Positions 44,327 to 56,866 of a DNA stretch of 64,000 bases are shown here, piece after piece (the stretch's first letter is position 1; the number at the start of each line of letters is the position of its first letter). The stretch lies in NCBI GenBank assembly GCA_000091205.1, contig AP006500.2. One strand, given 5' to 3'. Source of the stretch: Cyanidioschyzon merolae. Taxonomy: Eukaryota. The notes beneath the pieces are model-generated. The model was not told where the DNA came from. It saw nothing but the letters and a program-made list of their open reading frames with translations, and did no database searches. Position numbers and translations under genes: made by a program.

Positions 44327-45493
44327 ATGCTTCGGTACAGCTTCATTAACGCCGTCTGGCCGTCCAAGTCATGCGGCAGGGTCCACGTTGAGCGCCATCG
44401 AAAGCAGAAGACACAGTCTGTACAAACTGCACAGCGCTGGAAACTGCGGGCGAACTTGAACCGGCGAGGTCCAGACTCAGCGACCTGGGATCGGCAGGGC
44501 GGTGGCCAGGCGGAGCGCCTGCTTATGGAGCAGGTACTGCAACTGAGGCGAGAGTTAGATGCCTTGCGAGCGGAGAATGAGAGTTTGCGTAAATATCGTG
44601 TCAACGAGCACCTGCTCGTGGATGCCGACGACTCTGTCACAACCGAGGACGGACGGACGCGTTGCGGCAAGCACGGGGAGCGCTCGCGCTATTTACCGGT
44701 CTATTCAGTCGCCCCTGAAGAGGTTCTAAGCCGCGTCATCCCCGTCATTGGACCTAACCCAACGATCGAGCAACTCGACGCAGCAATCACGCTGTCGTTC
44801 CAAGTACGCGATGAGCTGGTGAACCGACGTGGGCTCGAGCGTTACGAGGATGTCATGGCTGGTCGATTCCTCGTGTTCCAGACCAGTGAACTACCTGTCA
44901 AGGGGGTCCAGAGAGTCGCCCTTCCTGGTACGGTAGGATCGATGCGCTGGGCGTCGGCACCAGTTGGTATCCTGATGCCTGCCTCCGAGCTGGGACTGGA
45001 GTCCTTCTACCCGAACGCTCCGACGGATGTCAACTGTCTTGTCATTATCGAGGCTGATTTCGATTCAGAGATCCCCGCGGATACCCTGGCATCACCTGAC
45101 ATCATTCGCGACATCCGAGACGGTACCAAAGACGTGCTCGACCGTATCGAAAACGTTTGGTTCGACGAGCAAGGCCGCGCGTCTCGCGATGCCGGCTTTC
45201 CGAGCTCGCTCACTGAAGAGACAGAAACCGACGAGGACGAGCAACCAGACGAAAACGGTGACGGACCGGAATTCAGTCCGGGGAAATTTTACCTCTGGCT
45301 GGAGGAGAGGCCTCCGCAGGGCGTCGAGTCCGGCGAGGAGCCAGCCCACAGGTGGCACGTTCGCTGGTATGAGCGTCGTCCAGACCCCGCGGTTGACGGT
45401 GTGGAATGCGTTGGCCGCGTGATTACCGTGATAGCACCGAGCGCTTCAAGGCGTCGCACCAAGACGTTTGCCGAAGAGGACGATGTGTTCTAA
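44327..45493 (+). CDS. Hypothetical protein with a coiled-coil segment and an acidic C-terminal region. The listed ORF 44120..45493 reads through from inside the element's right end; the start is probably ATG 44327.
   Basis: A long ORF with LQLRRELDALRAENESLRKY (coiled coil) and an acidic tract TEETETDEDEQPDENGDGPE. No family recognised. Confidence 0.45.
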   Translation: MLRYSFINAVWPSKSCGRVHVERHRKQKTQSVQTAQRWKLRANLNRRGPDSATWDRQGGGQAERLLMEQVLQLRRELDALRAENESLRKYRVNEHLLVDADDSVTTEDGRTRCGKHGERSRYLPVYSVAPEEVLSRVIPVIGPNPTIEQLDAAITLSFQVRDELVNRRGLERYEDVMAGRFLVFQTSELPVKGVQRVALPGTVGSMRWASAPVGILMPASELGLESFYPNAPTDVNCLVIIEADFDSEIPADTLASPDIIRDIRDGTKDVLDRIENVWFDEQGRASRDAGFPSSLTEETETDEDEQPDENGDGPEFSPGKFYLWLEERPPQGVESGEEPAHRWHVRWYERRPDPAVDGVECVGRVITVIAPSASRRRTKTFAEEDDVF

Positions 45494-48400
45494 GATGACG
45501 CCGTCAACGCAACAGGGATGCATCGTACTTGAGGGTCCCCGTATACAGCACTGAGCGAGGGCGAGCTACAGATCCGAACAATGCATTCACGCGAAGTCCA
45601 GTTTGGACCGCACAGCATGCAATATATCATCGTTCATGTACGCGTTATGCCGCTGCATCCGATTCTTTTGGTGACGGGCAGATCGAGCGCGTGAACGTCT
45701 GCATCTGCCCGATAAAATGGACGCTGTTGCGCGCAAAACGCATGCTGTTTCGGGATCATATGTCAAGGAGGCATAAGACCGGCTGAACGCGAGGGCACCT
45801 CTGACAGCGAGCGCAAAGCGCAGAGCACCGCCCGGTACTCGACATCAGTGGAGAGCAGGGCTTGTTTTGGGCGGCAACGAGTCCTCGTTGCCGATAGGCT
45901 GCTGCATTTCAGCAGCGCACTGTCATGCAAAGATAACGAGATAGAGAGTGCGTGCATCACGACACGAGCACGTGTTGAAGTTTGCCTCTAGAGCGATCGA
46001 GGAAATAGCAGGAGTGTCGTACATCGCTCGAGTAATGGCGAAAAATGAATGGTTTGTACTCGGAGCAGTGAGGTTTGAAACAGTCGCGTCAGCGAACGCT
46101 TTTTGTTTTGTTTTCTTTTTGTTTTTCTCACGAGTATAAAACAAATAAAAAATATGTTTTAGATTGGAGCAAGGCTGCGAAAAGGCGTGAGTCTAGTCTC
46201 AGTAGAGTACGGAATAGCGTTATCCTCGCCCAAGTAACGTATTCTTGGGTCAGCAGGTGGATGAATCACCCTTCTCGCGACACTTGTCCTGAACGTCATG
46301 TACCCAAAAGCAGAACTTGTGCAACACTGTCCACGCGACTGTGCGTGTTCGTAAATCCATTCCAGTCCATACGCTGTTCAGGAAATACGATCAAAAAAGC
46401 AGCAGAATGCAAAACTTTCGTACCACGGGTACGAACGTTGATGAAGCGACACAGATGGACACAGGGAAAAGAGCACCCCGCTACGGTAGCCCGTCGAAAG
46501 CGGAACAACACACGATCCATGTCGTCCTCGAACGCGAACACAGCGTCCAGGAGCGATGCGTATTTGTCTCTTTGGAAGCGACTTGAATGAAATGGAGGAC
46601 CTGTATGTAGGTATGCGAAACTTGACAACTCACTGATCGTATCCAAGGGAATCGTGAGCAATTCGACGACATTCACTGTAGCTGCGATGCAAACACGTGG
46701 TAGTCTACAAATCGCCACACGAGCAACTTCGATCAACGCCTCATTCTTTTTCAAGGCAAGCTTCATGGCTTCTCTTCGCCGGATTCTCAAGCCCTGCTCT
46801 TAGACAACGCCGCTTTGCATCGCTCACAAGCTGACAAAAAATACGCTCTTCTTCATGCCAGCCTGTGTTTCGTGAATAAATTCAGACGAAGACTTTTTTT
46901 CAGTGTTGTGCAACGCCATCTCTACGCAAACGGAGCAGCAGATGATTGATTCACATCCGCGACACCGTTCTTTGAAGAATCCTTCGACCATACATGGTTG
47001 TCTGCAATATATACCAGTTCCGTTTTGTTCTGCTGGTCATCTTGACGCGCACCGGAGCGAGAGAAAAGTCCGACTTCGGTCAATGGGCGTGCTGGAGAAA
47101 GAGACGATGACGAAAAGGTGCCTGAGCAATGGTATATGTACATTTAGAAAAGGTGCGATTCGGTGCCACCGTCCACCCGGTCCGTCTGAGACCGCCAAAA
47201 GTAATAATATGGAGTAGAGTGTCCCCAGCGATGCCATCCCGCCAAGCGGGGGCGTTGGCGAAAATGGATCCCGTCTGTGCGAGTACCCATCAAGTATTCG
47301 ATCTACATTGCCATGCGCATTGACGAGGCTCGTTCAAGGTTTCTCGTTCACAGGAAGGAAATGAATACAAGTTGATAAGGACTTGTGCGCGATGCTCATC
47401 GATGCGTTCAGGACCACGTGCTCAACTCATGGGCATGGACGAACGCTGAAACTGGTAGAGAAGAAGCGAACAAAAGAGACCCGAATGCACGACGCGGGGG
47501 TTTGTACGGTACGATGACGGAACGTCAGATGGCAAGGCAATCCATCGCAAGCGGCTCGCGATACGGTCTGATCCCAACAGCCGCCCTGCGTCCGCGTACT
47601 TTCTATACTGAAACTTGAACGCTTCGATTCATACTCGGGAAAGTGTCGTGAATCTGGAGCAGTCAGCGAGTTTTGCGTCATGCGACCTTTGGGGTGAATC
47701 ACGTCGTGGTCATTGTCGAGAACGTACTGAAATACTGAACACTTGCATAGAAAGAAATGTCCGTCTCCAGGAGCGCGCAAGCCGCGGGTCGTCCCCGACA
47801 TCAACGCACTGGAATGGTGCGGTCCGCGATCCAGCACTCTTGATGCACCGTGTATACAAACCAGAAACAATTTTCTTGATGTTTATCAACACACGCAACA
47901 CACGCACCAGCAACCTTGCGGCTCTGTGCACCAGACAATAGACTTGCAGCTTAACAGACCTGCTTCCATGAGTTTATCGAATACGTGCGTCGCCAGCAAC
48001 CCTGCGGCTGCGTGCACCAGACAAGAAACTCCCGACCAAACAGCCCGTCTTCCATAAGCATATAGAATACACGCTTCACGAGCCTCGAAAAGCGTACCGT
48101 TGCGACTCCTTCGCGTGGAAACGCTCGAGCACACACCCGCCGCCTCTGTGGCTTCAGGATACGCGCCGCGCGCTGCCGTTGCCCAGCGCAGCAGCTGCTG
48201 CAACGGAAACGTCAGCGTCTCTCCTCGCCGTTGCCCAGCGCTGCAGCTGCAACGGGTACCGGTTCCACGAGTTTCGTGAATTGACGCTCCAGCCGTCGGG
48301 GTGTAAGGGACACCTATCGACGGCACGCATCGTAAGGCGTTGTGTGCTTCTCCTCAGGTGCTCCGAGAACGCACTCACAAAAGGCGAGCGTCACACTGAG

Positions 48401-48579
48401 CTGCACACGCGCTACGGTGCCGTACACGGCCACTGAGCAGCTCTCGCCCAACAAGACTTGCTGAGGCCCTGAACGACGCATCGTTGTGTACGCGAACAGC
48501 TGTTACCGGCGAGTACAGTCTCTGCGGGGAGGCGCTTCCGAAGAGCCCAAGTTGATGCGCACACGCTCCGTCAAGCAAC

Positions 48580-51500
48580 ATGTCGACGACCTCGTCTTCG
48601 TCAACGGGAGCTGTTTCGGCATCACGTGCTGTAGCGTCGCCGCTCATGAACGGCAAGTCTGGACTTGCTGATGCAGCTCCGGTGCTAACAGCGTCTCGCT
48701 CTACACCACCACCACCACCACCAGCAGCAGCAGCACCAGGCACGAGCACGCGAGCACGAGCAGCGTCGCAGGGTGCGCACGCATCAGAGCGCTGGGGTGC
48801 TGCGAATATGACCAGCTTGCCCGCTCTGGCGTCAGGCTCGTCACAACTTCTCGCTGGCTCGACACACGCGCTCGTAGCGCTTCACGATGCCTCCATTGAA
48901 CGCGCGCTTCGGCGCCTGGAACGCGCGACGGGCTCAGAGAGGCGCTACGAGGCAGCACAACGGCTCCGCATGCTCTATGAACGCAAGTTTCAGACCATGA
49001 AACAGCCTGAGGCCATAAGTGTGCTCAGTGACGCCTTGGCATATCGTTTGCAGGCTATGATCAGCTCGGGGAGTCAGCGGGATCGACTAGCAGGCCTGAC
49101 TGGCCTCAGCGCGCTCATCGAGACGCGCGGCGAGGCGTACCGCACCAAAGTCCAACGAACCTACAACGGCTTGCGTCCTATCCTGAGACGTCCTCCAGAC
49201 TGGGAGGCTGCTCGCGCTGCCGCTGATATGCTGGGCCGGCTCAGTCGACTCGGCGGGGTTCTCGTGAATCGTTTTGTCGAAGCGGAGGCCGTTCGTGCAC
49301 TCGAGTACCTGAATACCAATAGCGTGCTTCTGAAGGGAATGGCAATCATGGTGCTCAATGCTTTATGTGAGCACGTTCCCGCATCCATGTATACCTCGAG
49401 AGTTCAGCTGGCGCAGGTGGTGTGGCGAGGCCTCACCGACAGTCGACCGATTCTTCGCCTGGAGAGTGCCAGCTTGCTGCGCTCCTTCCTCGCCCTACTG
49501 GAACAGCGCGCATCCGATGATAGCGCCCGCACCTGTCAGATGATCATTCAGCGTTGCCTTGAGATGTTGATCTCCGATGAACGAGAAACAACCCCACCAG
49601 AAACGCACGGCAGTTTGTTGGCGCTCCACGAACTCGTGCGGAACCGCTTCTCGGCAACGTTCCTAGACGAGCATATCAGTCGAATACGGAAGCGTCTCGA
49701 GAGCTTACGTCTGACTCGCGATAACCTCATCCGAGCGGCGATTCTCCAGCTGCTTCCAGACTTGGTGCGCCTGGATCGAACACTCATCGAACTCGGCATG
49801 AGCATGGCGCTCGAGAACGAGGACCTGGTTGCCCTGGGGAAACTGGCGGTAGCAGTGGGTCCTACCGCTGCGCTCCCTTGGATGGAGCACATCTTTGTGG
49901 TACTGCGTAATAGCGAGGTCGCAGCGGCAGCGAAACACGAATGCATCGCGCTGTTGGCCCCGATCATCGTGGAAAGCGAACAGAGCGAGCGTCTCGCTGA
50001 GCTCCTGGAAGACTCCATCCTAACGCAGGGTCTGAGTCCCTCGCTAGTCGAAGCCCTGGAACGCGTTTGTGAGCATGTTCCGAGTCTGCGAGACCTGGTT
50101 CACGGGCATGTGCTGCGCCTGTGTGCGGAAACGACGGATATCGCGTGCGCGCTGCAGGCATTGCAACGTTTCACCTTCGGGCGTCGACCCTGTTTGGACG
50201 ACTACGTCCGCCAGCATGTCCTGCCCTACATCTACGGCAAACGCAGCCTCAGATCAGCAGCCTTCGCTGCCTCGCTGCACGTCTTGACTGCAGCCGTCCA
50301 GTCAGCGACTCCAGGGCGGCCGCTTCAACCGAAAATCTTCGAGACGCTACAACAACTGATTGTGGTGGTTGTTGCTGACCCCGACAGCCGCATACGCGCA
50401 GAGGTACTGCTGCACTTGGCCAAGCCGGCGTACTTTCCAGTCTTTGAACGCTACCTTGCGCAACCGGAACTCTTGCGAGCGCTCTGCTTGGCACTTCACG
50501 ATGAGGATGCCACAGTACGCGAGCGAGCACTGAGCCTCGTCGGCCGACTCTCCACGGTGAATCCAGCGCATACGTTGCCCTCTCTCCGTCGCCTCTTCAT
50601 GAATCTACGCATCATTCTCGAATGTGAAAGCGAACCGCTGCAGGGATCCCAGGAGGATGCACTCCGCCTTTTGCTCCGCCTCGTCCAGGATGCACCGCAG
50701 CTGATCGAACCCTACACACCCACAACAGCCAAACTACTGGTGCAACGGCTCCAGCAAAACTCGACTAGTGCAGTTGCCGTCGACACTTCAGTGATACACA
50801 CACTCCACAGCATCGCATGCTTGGCAGAGCGTGGCGTTGCAGCAGAACTCCAAACGCTCCTGCATGATGCCATGCCGCACCTGCTGCGCATCCTGCAACA
50901 CACCTCGGTAGAGGCGGACCTTCGGGAGGCAGTTTGTCGGGCGCTTTCGAGTCTAGCGCGAGCTGCAGGTGCAACCACGGAGCTCTACACCCAATACCCC
51001 AGTTTGCTGTCGACGCTGCTGCGCATGCTGCGAACCGAAACCAACTTGTTCGTGCGTCTGGAGATAGAGCGAACGCTGGGGACGCTCGGAGCGGTGGACC
51101 CCGACCGTACCGCACCGCTACTGCTCGACCGGACGCGGTATCCGTATACACGACTCGAGTCGCTCACGGAGGTGTATCACCAGCAGACCGCTCCAATGCA
51201 TTACGCGCCACGCCCAACCGCTACCGGAACTGGAGCTACGAATGCGTTTACAACGGATACGCGCTGCGGACTCGTGGCCGAGGAGCCGGCCTTGCCAGGC
51301 ACTGCTGCTGCTGCTGCTGCTGCAACGACGACGACGACAACGACGACACTTACTGGACAAGCACTGCGTGCCCAGTTGCGCTTTGAAGCGCCGAACGAGC
51401 TCGAGACGCTGGTAGGTCGACTCCCGCACCCGTTCACGGCAAACGAAGAGTACTTTCCCTCGGCAGCACTGGATGCCTTGCATCGCATCCTCGCGAATGC

Positions 51501-54500
51501 CAAACTGACGACACTTCACTACGACACTGTCGGTGCGATTGTGAACATCATGAGCAGTCTCGGGATGAAGTGTGCACCTTTTCTATCCGTGGTGGTGCCG
51601 CGCCTGCTCTGGATGCTACGGCCGCGAACCGAGGATACGCATGACTTGGCGTTCCGCGAGTACGTCATCCGAGGCCTGGCTAGTGTCGTGCTCTCTGCCC
51701 GCCAATACATACGCCCGTACGCAGCTTCGCTGGTGGCGCTCATTCTCGAGTACTGGCCGCTGCAAGTCCTGCATCGCTCGATGTTCGCCCTAATGGAATG
51801 CCTCCGCGTAGCGCTCCATGATGAATTCCGACCCTTTGTGCCGGTTTTGCTGCCGCTCATCCTGCCCTGGATGTCGTTGCGGGTGCTCAAGGTGCTCTTG
51901 GTGTTCGGCACCCACACCAGTGAGTACGTGGTGCTTGTTTTACCGCCCGTGATGCGTTTCCTGGAGGATGCCACCCGTCCGCTTGCGGCTCGCATTGAGG
52001 TTCTCAAGCGCTTGCCGCGACTCTTCGCCATGCTCGATCTATCGGATATGGCGAGCCAGCTGATGCACCCGCTGTGTCGGATGCTGCGCACCAGTGAATT
52101 CCAGTGGCACGCTCGGCAACTGCTCGAGTCGCTGCTCCCTCGTCTGGGATTAGACGCGGCCTACTACACGTTGCTGGTCCGTGAAATGCTCCTTGGAGAT
52201 GCAGCATCGGCATCAGCAGCAGCAACCGGCAATGACGACGAAGACGATGACGGCAACGACGACGAAGACGATGACCAGCACCCAACGGATGAAGCCAGTG
52301 CTCGTGGTGCAGCGGCATCGACCGAGTCTGCCTCGACACAGGCCGGTGCTGCCCTGCAGTCGAGCAGTGCGAGTGCACTTCACCGCCTCGCACGCTATCG
52401 CCATGAACGCACGGCGCTGAGTCGCTCCGAGTCGCTTGACTCGTTGAATGGTGTACCGCGTACCACGTCACTGGGTTCACTCGCTGACCTAGCCTCTGGG
52501 GATGCGTTGCTGGCTCACAGTCCCGACTCGTTGCTCGACAGCACACACGTATCGCTGGTTGCGTCAGCGTCGATGTTGGATTTGCAGCAGCAGCTACAGC
52601 AACAGCAACAGCAACAGGCGCTCCTGGGAAGCGGTGCCAGCAACACCACCACCACCAACACCAACAACAACAACAACAGCGGCCACAATAGCGCCCGTCG
52701 TCACCACGTCAATGAGAAGATGCTCCAAAAGGCGTGGCAAGTCGGTCGACGCACCACCCGCGACGACTGGAACGACTGGATGATGGCGCTTGCGTCGGCG
52801 CTTTTCCGGGAGAGCGGCTCACCGTCGCTGCGCTCATGTGCGCGACTCGCTGAGGTGCACCCGCCACTCGCTCGTGAACTCTTCAACGCTGCCTTTCTGA
52901 GCTGCTGGACGGAACTCTCGGATCCGTGTCGTGCGTCACTGGTGCGCAACCTGGTACTTGCGCTCTCCAGCGAGTCCATACCACTGGACGTGCTGCAGGT
53001 GCTCCTGAGCCTCGTCGAGTTCATGGAACATGACGAGAAGCCCTTACCCATTGACCTTCGACAACTAGCTGCCATGGCGTTCCGCTGCGGTGCCTACGCC
53101 AAAGCGCTCCGCTACAAAGAGGCCGAGTATATGCAGAACCCGGCATCAGCCATGGAAGGTGACGATAGTCTCATTGCGATCTACGAAGCGCTGGGTCAAC
53201 GGGAAGCAGCAATGGGCGCCCTGCTCGATGCCGAACGTCACCAGGTCACGATACGCCACGAGGCGTGTTACGAGCGGCTCCAGCAATGGGACCTCGCGCT
53301 CAGCGCCTACGAACGTCAGGGACCAGCGCACTCGTTTGCAAACCGGCGCGGTCGGATGCGCTGTATGGCACAACTCGGCGAACTGCACCGCATGGAGGCG
53401 CTCTGTAACGACCTCTGGTCCGAGGCAGCCGAGCAGCCGTCGCTTCGCCAGGAACTCGCTGAGGAAGCGGCTCAAGTGGCGTATCAGCTCCAGCTCTGGG
53501 ACAAGTTTACGGAACGCGTTGCGTATACGAGTCGCGACAGCATCCGCGGGAATGTGTTTCGGGCGATGCTGGCTATTCATCAGGGCGACGATGAGGCTGC
53601 TCGCGGCTATATTCGAGCGGGGCGTCGACTGCTGGATACCGGGGTCACAGCACGCGTCGGTGAAGGCTATCCCCGCGCCTATGGCGATATCCTCCTGACC
53701 CAGCAACTGGTGGAACTCGAGGAATGCCTCATGGTAAGGCAGCGTATTCTACCGCAGCGCCACGTGGTGGAACAGCTCTGGAATACGCGCTTGTACGGAT
53801 GCCGTTTCGATTATACCACGTGGCAACAGACGCTGCTCGTTCGACGGCTCCTCTTGGAACCTCGACACGACAAGGACGTGTGGTTGCGCTTTGTGAGCCT
53901 CTGTAGGCGGGCGAATCGACTCCCGATGGCCAACGAGGCACTCGCCATGCTCCAGGATGAGCAGCATCCCGATCCCGAGGTAACGTATGCTTCGCTCAAG
54001 TTGTGCTGGTCGCAGGGTCGGCATCACGAGGCCTACGAATGCCTCCGGCGTTGTGCGGAGCAGCCGGTACCCTCCGCTCGGCTCGCTGCACGTCGTTTTC
54101 TCAAGCTATGCGTCTGGGGTCGGGCGTTACGCGCAGAAGGCACCAGCACGTTCGTCTCTTCGCCTTCGTCATCGCTACGGTGGCATACGTTGATGGAGCA
54201 CGCGCGACGAGCGGTGGTATCGGATCCGTCGTGGTCATCCGGCTGGCATACCTGGGCAGCGTTGAACGCTGATGCCGCCGCAGCACACAGTACCGGGCAT
54301 CGCTTCGGGGGTGCCTGGCCTGCTCGACCGACAGCGGTAGCGGCGGCTGAGTCTAACGTGCTGGTTCGAGCGTATGTGCTCAACGCGGTGAACGGCTTCT
54401 TCCGAGCGATCGCACTAGGTGAAAGCTACGCGGAACAAGCGCAAGATGTGCTCAAGCTGTTAACGCTCTGGTTCCGCTACGGTGCGGTCCCTGAGATCGA

Positions 54501-56130
54501 ACAAGCGCTCCTGAACGGTTTTGCGGAGACCAATGTCGACATCTGGGTCGACGTGATTCCCCAGATTGTCGCTCGTCTGCACTCGCCGGTACCACCGGTG
54601 CAGGCCGGTGTTCGAGCGCTCCTAATTCGCATCGGGCGAGCACATCCACAAGCGCTGGTGTTTCCGCTCGCAGTGGCCGCCAAGTCCAGTAATGCGCGTC
54701 GACGTGAGGCCGCTATCGACGTGCTCCAGGCGCTGCGTCTCGAGTCACCGGCGCTGGTTGCCCAGGCTGAACTCGTATCCCGCGAACTGGTGCGTATCGC
54801 GGTGCTCTGGCCCGAAATGTGGCATGAGGCACTCGAGGAGGCCTCGCGCGTCTACTTTGGCGAACACAACGTGCCGGGCATGTTGGCGATTCTGTCGCCG
54901 CTGCACGACCTGGTCGAGGCAGGCCCTAGCACCGCACGTGAGGCTAGCTTCATTCGCGAGTTTGGCCGTGAACTCGCCGAGGCTCGCGAATGGTGTCGGC
55001 GCTATCTGGCGAGTGGACGCGACTCCGACCTGAATCAGGCCTGGGAGCTCTACTACTCCATCTTTCGCCGGATCAACAAGTCGCTCTCCAGCATGACACA
55101 GCTGCAACTCGCGGAGGTGTCGCCAGCGCTGCTGGAGGCTCGGAACTTGGCGCTGGCGGTGCCCGGCACCCGCGAACAGGTCACCATCGTCTCGTTTGCA
55201 CCGGTGTTGAACGTGATCAGTTCGAAACAACGGCCGCGAACGCTGACCATCTACGGTTCCGATGGCCACGAGTACCCGTTCCTGCTCAAAGGACACGAGG
55301 ACCTGCGTCAGGATGAACGCGTGCAACAGTTTTTTGGCCTCGTGAATACGCTCCTGCCGCCCGAGATGTCCATCGTGACGTACGCGGTGCTGCCGTTGAG
55401 TCAGCAGGTCGGCCTCATTGGTTGGGTCAAGAACTGCGATACGCTGCACGCGTTGATCCGCGAGTATCGCGAACAACGCAAGATCATCCTGAACGTGGAA
55501 CATCGGATCATGTTGTCTGCAGCACCGGACTACGATAACCTGACGCTGCTCCAGAAAGTAGAAATATTCGAGTATGTGCTCGCGAATACCTCGGGCAATG
55601 ACTTGGCCAATATCATGTGGCTGCGTAGTCGCAGCGCGGAGATGTGGCTGGAGCGACGCACCAACTACGCACGTTCGCTGGCGGTCATGTCCATGGTAGG
55701 GTATATTATCGGCCTCGGGGATCGACACCCGTCGAATATGCTCATCACACGCGACACCGGCAAAGTCATTCATATCGATCACGGTGATTGTTTCGAGACC
55801 GCGATGCATCGCGAGAAGTATCCCGAGAAAGTGCCGTTCCGGTTGACGCGGATGTTGGTACGGGCACTGGGTGTCTCGGGTGTCGAGGGCATCTTTCGGG
55901 TGACATGTGAGTCGACCATGGAGATTCTGCGTGCGAACAAACCCGTGCTCATGGCTATGTTGGAAATCTTTGTGCACGATCCGTTGCTGGTACGAACGCT
56001 GCAGCCGGCGGCGGCACCGGGGGCAACAACCACGGGCCTCGAGGCGACTGGGTTGGCGGCTGTTGCAGCCGGCTCGCCGCTGCATACACCGGCAGTGTGG
56101 CCTCGGCAGGCTACTGGAGCAACAGCAGCA

Positions 56131-56169
<39 letters not shown>

Positions 56170-56793
56170 GCAGCAGCAACAGGGCAATGGGGCACGGTAT
56201 CGACGTTTCCTGTGCAAGAGGCACGCCTTGGCGAGCGTGCTGGCGAAGAGCAGCCGCAGCCAGCGTCGACGCTGGTGCAAGTACCTCGAGCGCCAACCAG
56301 GATGCGACGTGTCGACATGTCGGGTGCAGAGGCGACGGCTGCGGCTGCAGCTGCGGGCGAGGCGTCCTTGTCGTTGCGGCTGCTGCAGGGCACCATGTCG
56401 TTACGTGCAGCGCTTCGTCTGGAGCAGTCCAATGCCGGCACAGTCGAGGAGGTCGCTGAAGAGGGTATCGCGGAGACGCCGTCGCCGCTGACAACGCGTC
56501 GACCAGGTGCGGGTAGTCTAACGCCGCGCACGCTGGGCAACGGTACCTTGACGACAGGTGCCGGTGCTGGTGCCGGTGCTCCCACGATACTTCCCGAGGA
56601 TCTACTCGGCGATGAAAACCGCGGTGAACGCGCTGTTGCGATCGTGCAACGCATGTCACAGAAACTGAGTGGGCGCGACTTTGATCCACGACGTGTGCTC
56701 ACTGTCGCTGAGCAGGTCGAACGCCTGATTCAGCAGGCAACGAACTCAGAGAACCTGGCACCTGCTTATGTGGGCTGGTGCAACTGTTGGTAG
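48580..56793 (+). CDS. TOR: Serine/threonine-protein kinase TOR (target of rapamycin), 2737 aa, intronless, with several low-complexity insertions. The true start may be an internal Met.
   Basis: N-terminal HEAT repeats and a FAT region. FRB domain: WHEALEEASRVYFGE.NVPGMLAILSPLHDL.E.GP.T..E.SF...FGREL.EA.EWCR.Y..SG...DLNQAWELYYSIFRRI. PI3K-like kinase domain: LLKGHEDLRQDERVQQFFGLVN.LL and GYIIGLGDRHPSNMLI.R.TGKVIHIDHGDCFE.AMHREKYPEKVPFRLTRMLV.ALGVSGVEG.FR.TCE. FATC ending ..AYVGWCNCW, then TAG. Confidence 0.95.
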
Positions 56794-56835
56794 CCAGAGC
56801 GGGCCTCTGGTCGAGTCCATGGAACCAGAGTGCAC

Positions 56836-56866
56836 AGCAGGCAGGCAGGCAGGCAGGCAGGCAACC
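56836..56866. repeat. (GCAG)7 microsatellite in the TOR 3' flank.
   Basis: Direct reading: cagcaggcaggcaggcaggcaggcaggcaa. Confidence 0.9.

Noticed and set aside
54745-56702. Long antisense ORFs inside TOR (54745..56280 at 511 aa, 55779..56702 at 307 aa, 56111..56689 at 192 aa, all minus strand) and sense-strand alternative-frame ORFs (55907..56491).
   Set aside because: They overlap a strongly supported TOR coding frame. They are low-complexity (poly-C/Q/A/L runs from CAG/CAA/GCA repeats) and typical of GC-rich antisense frames.
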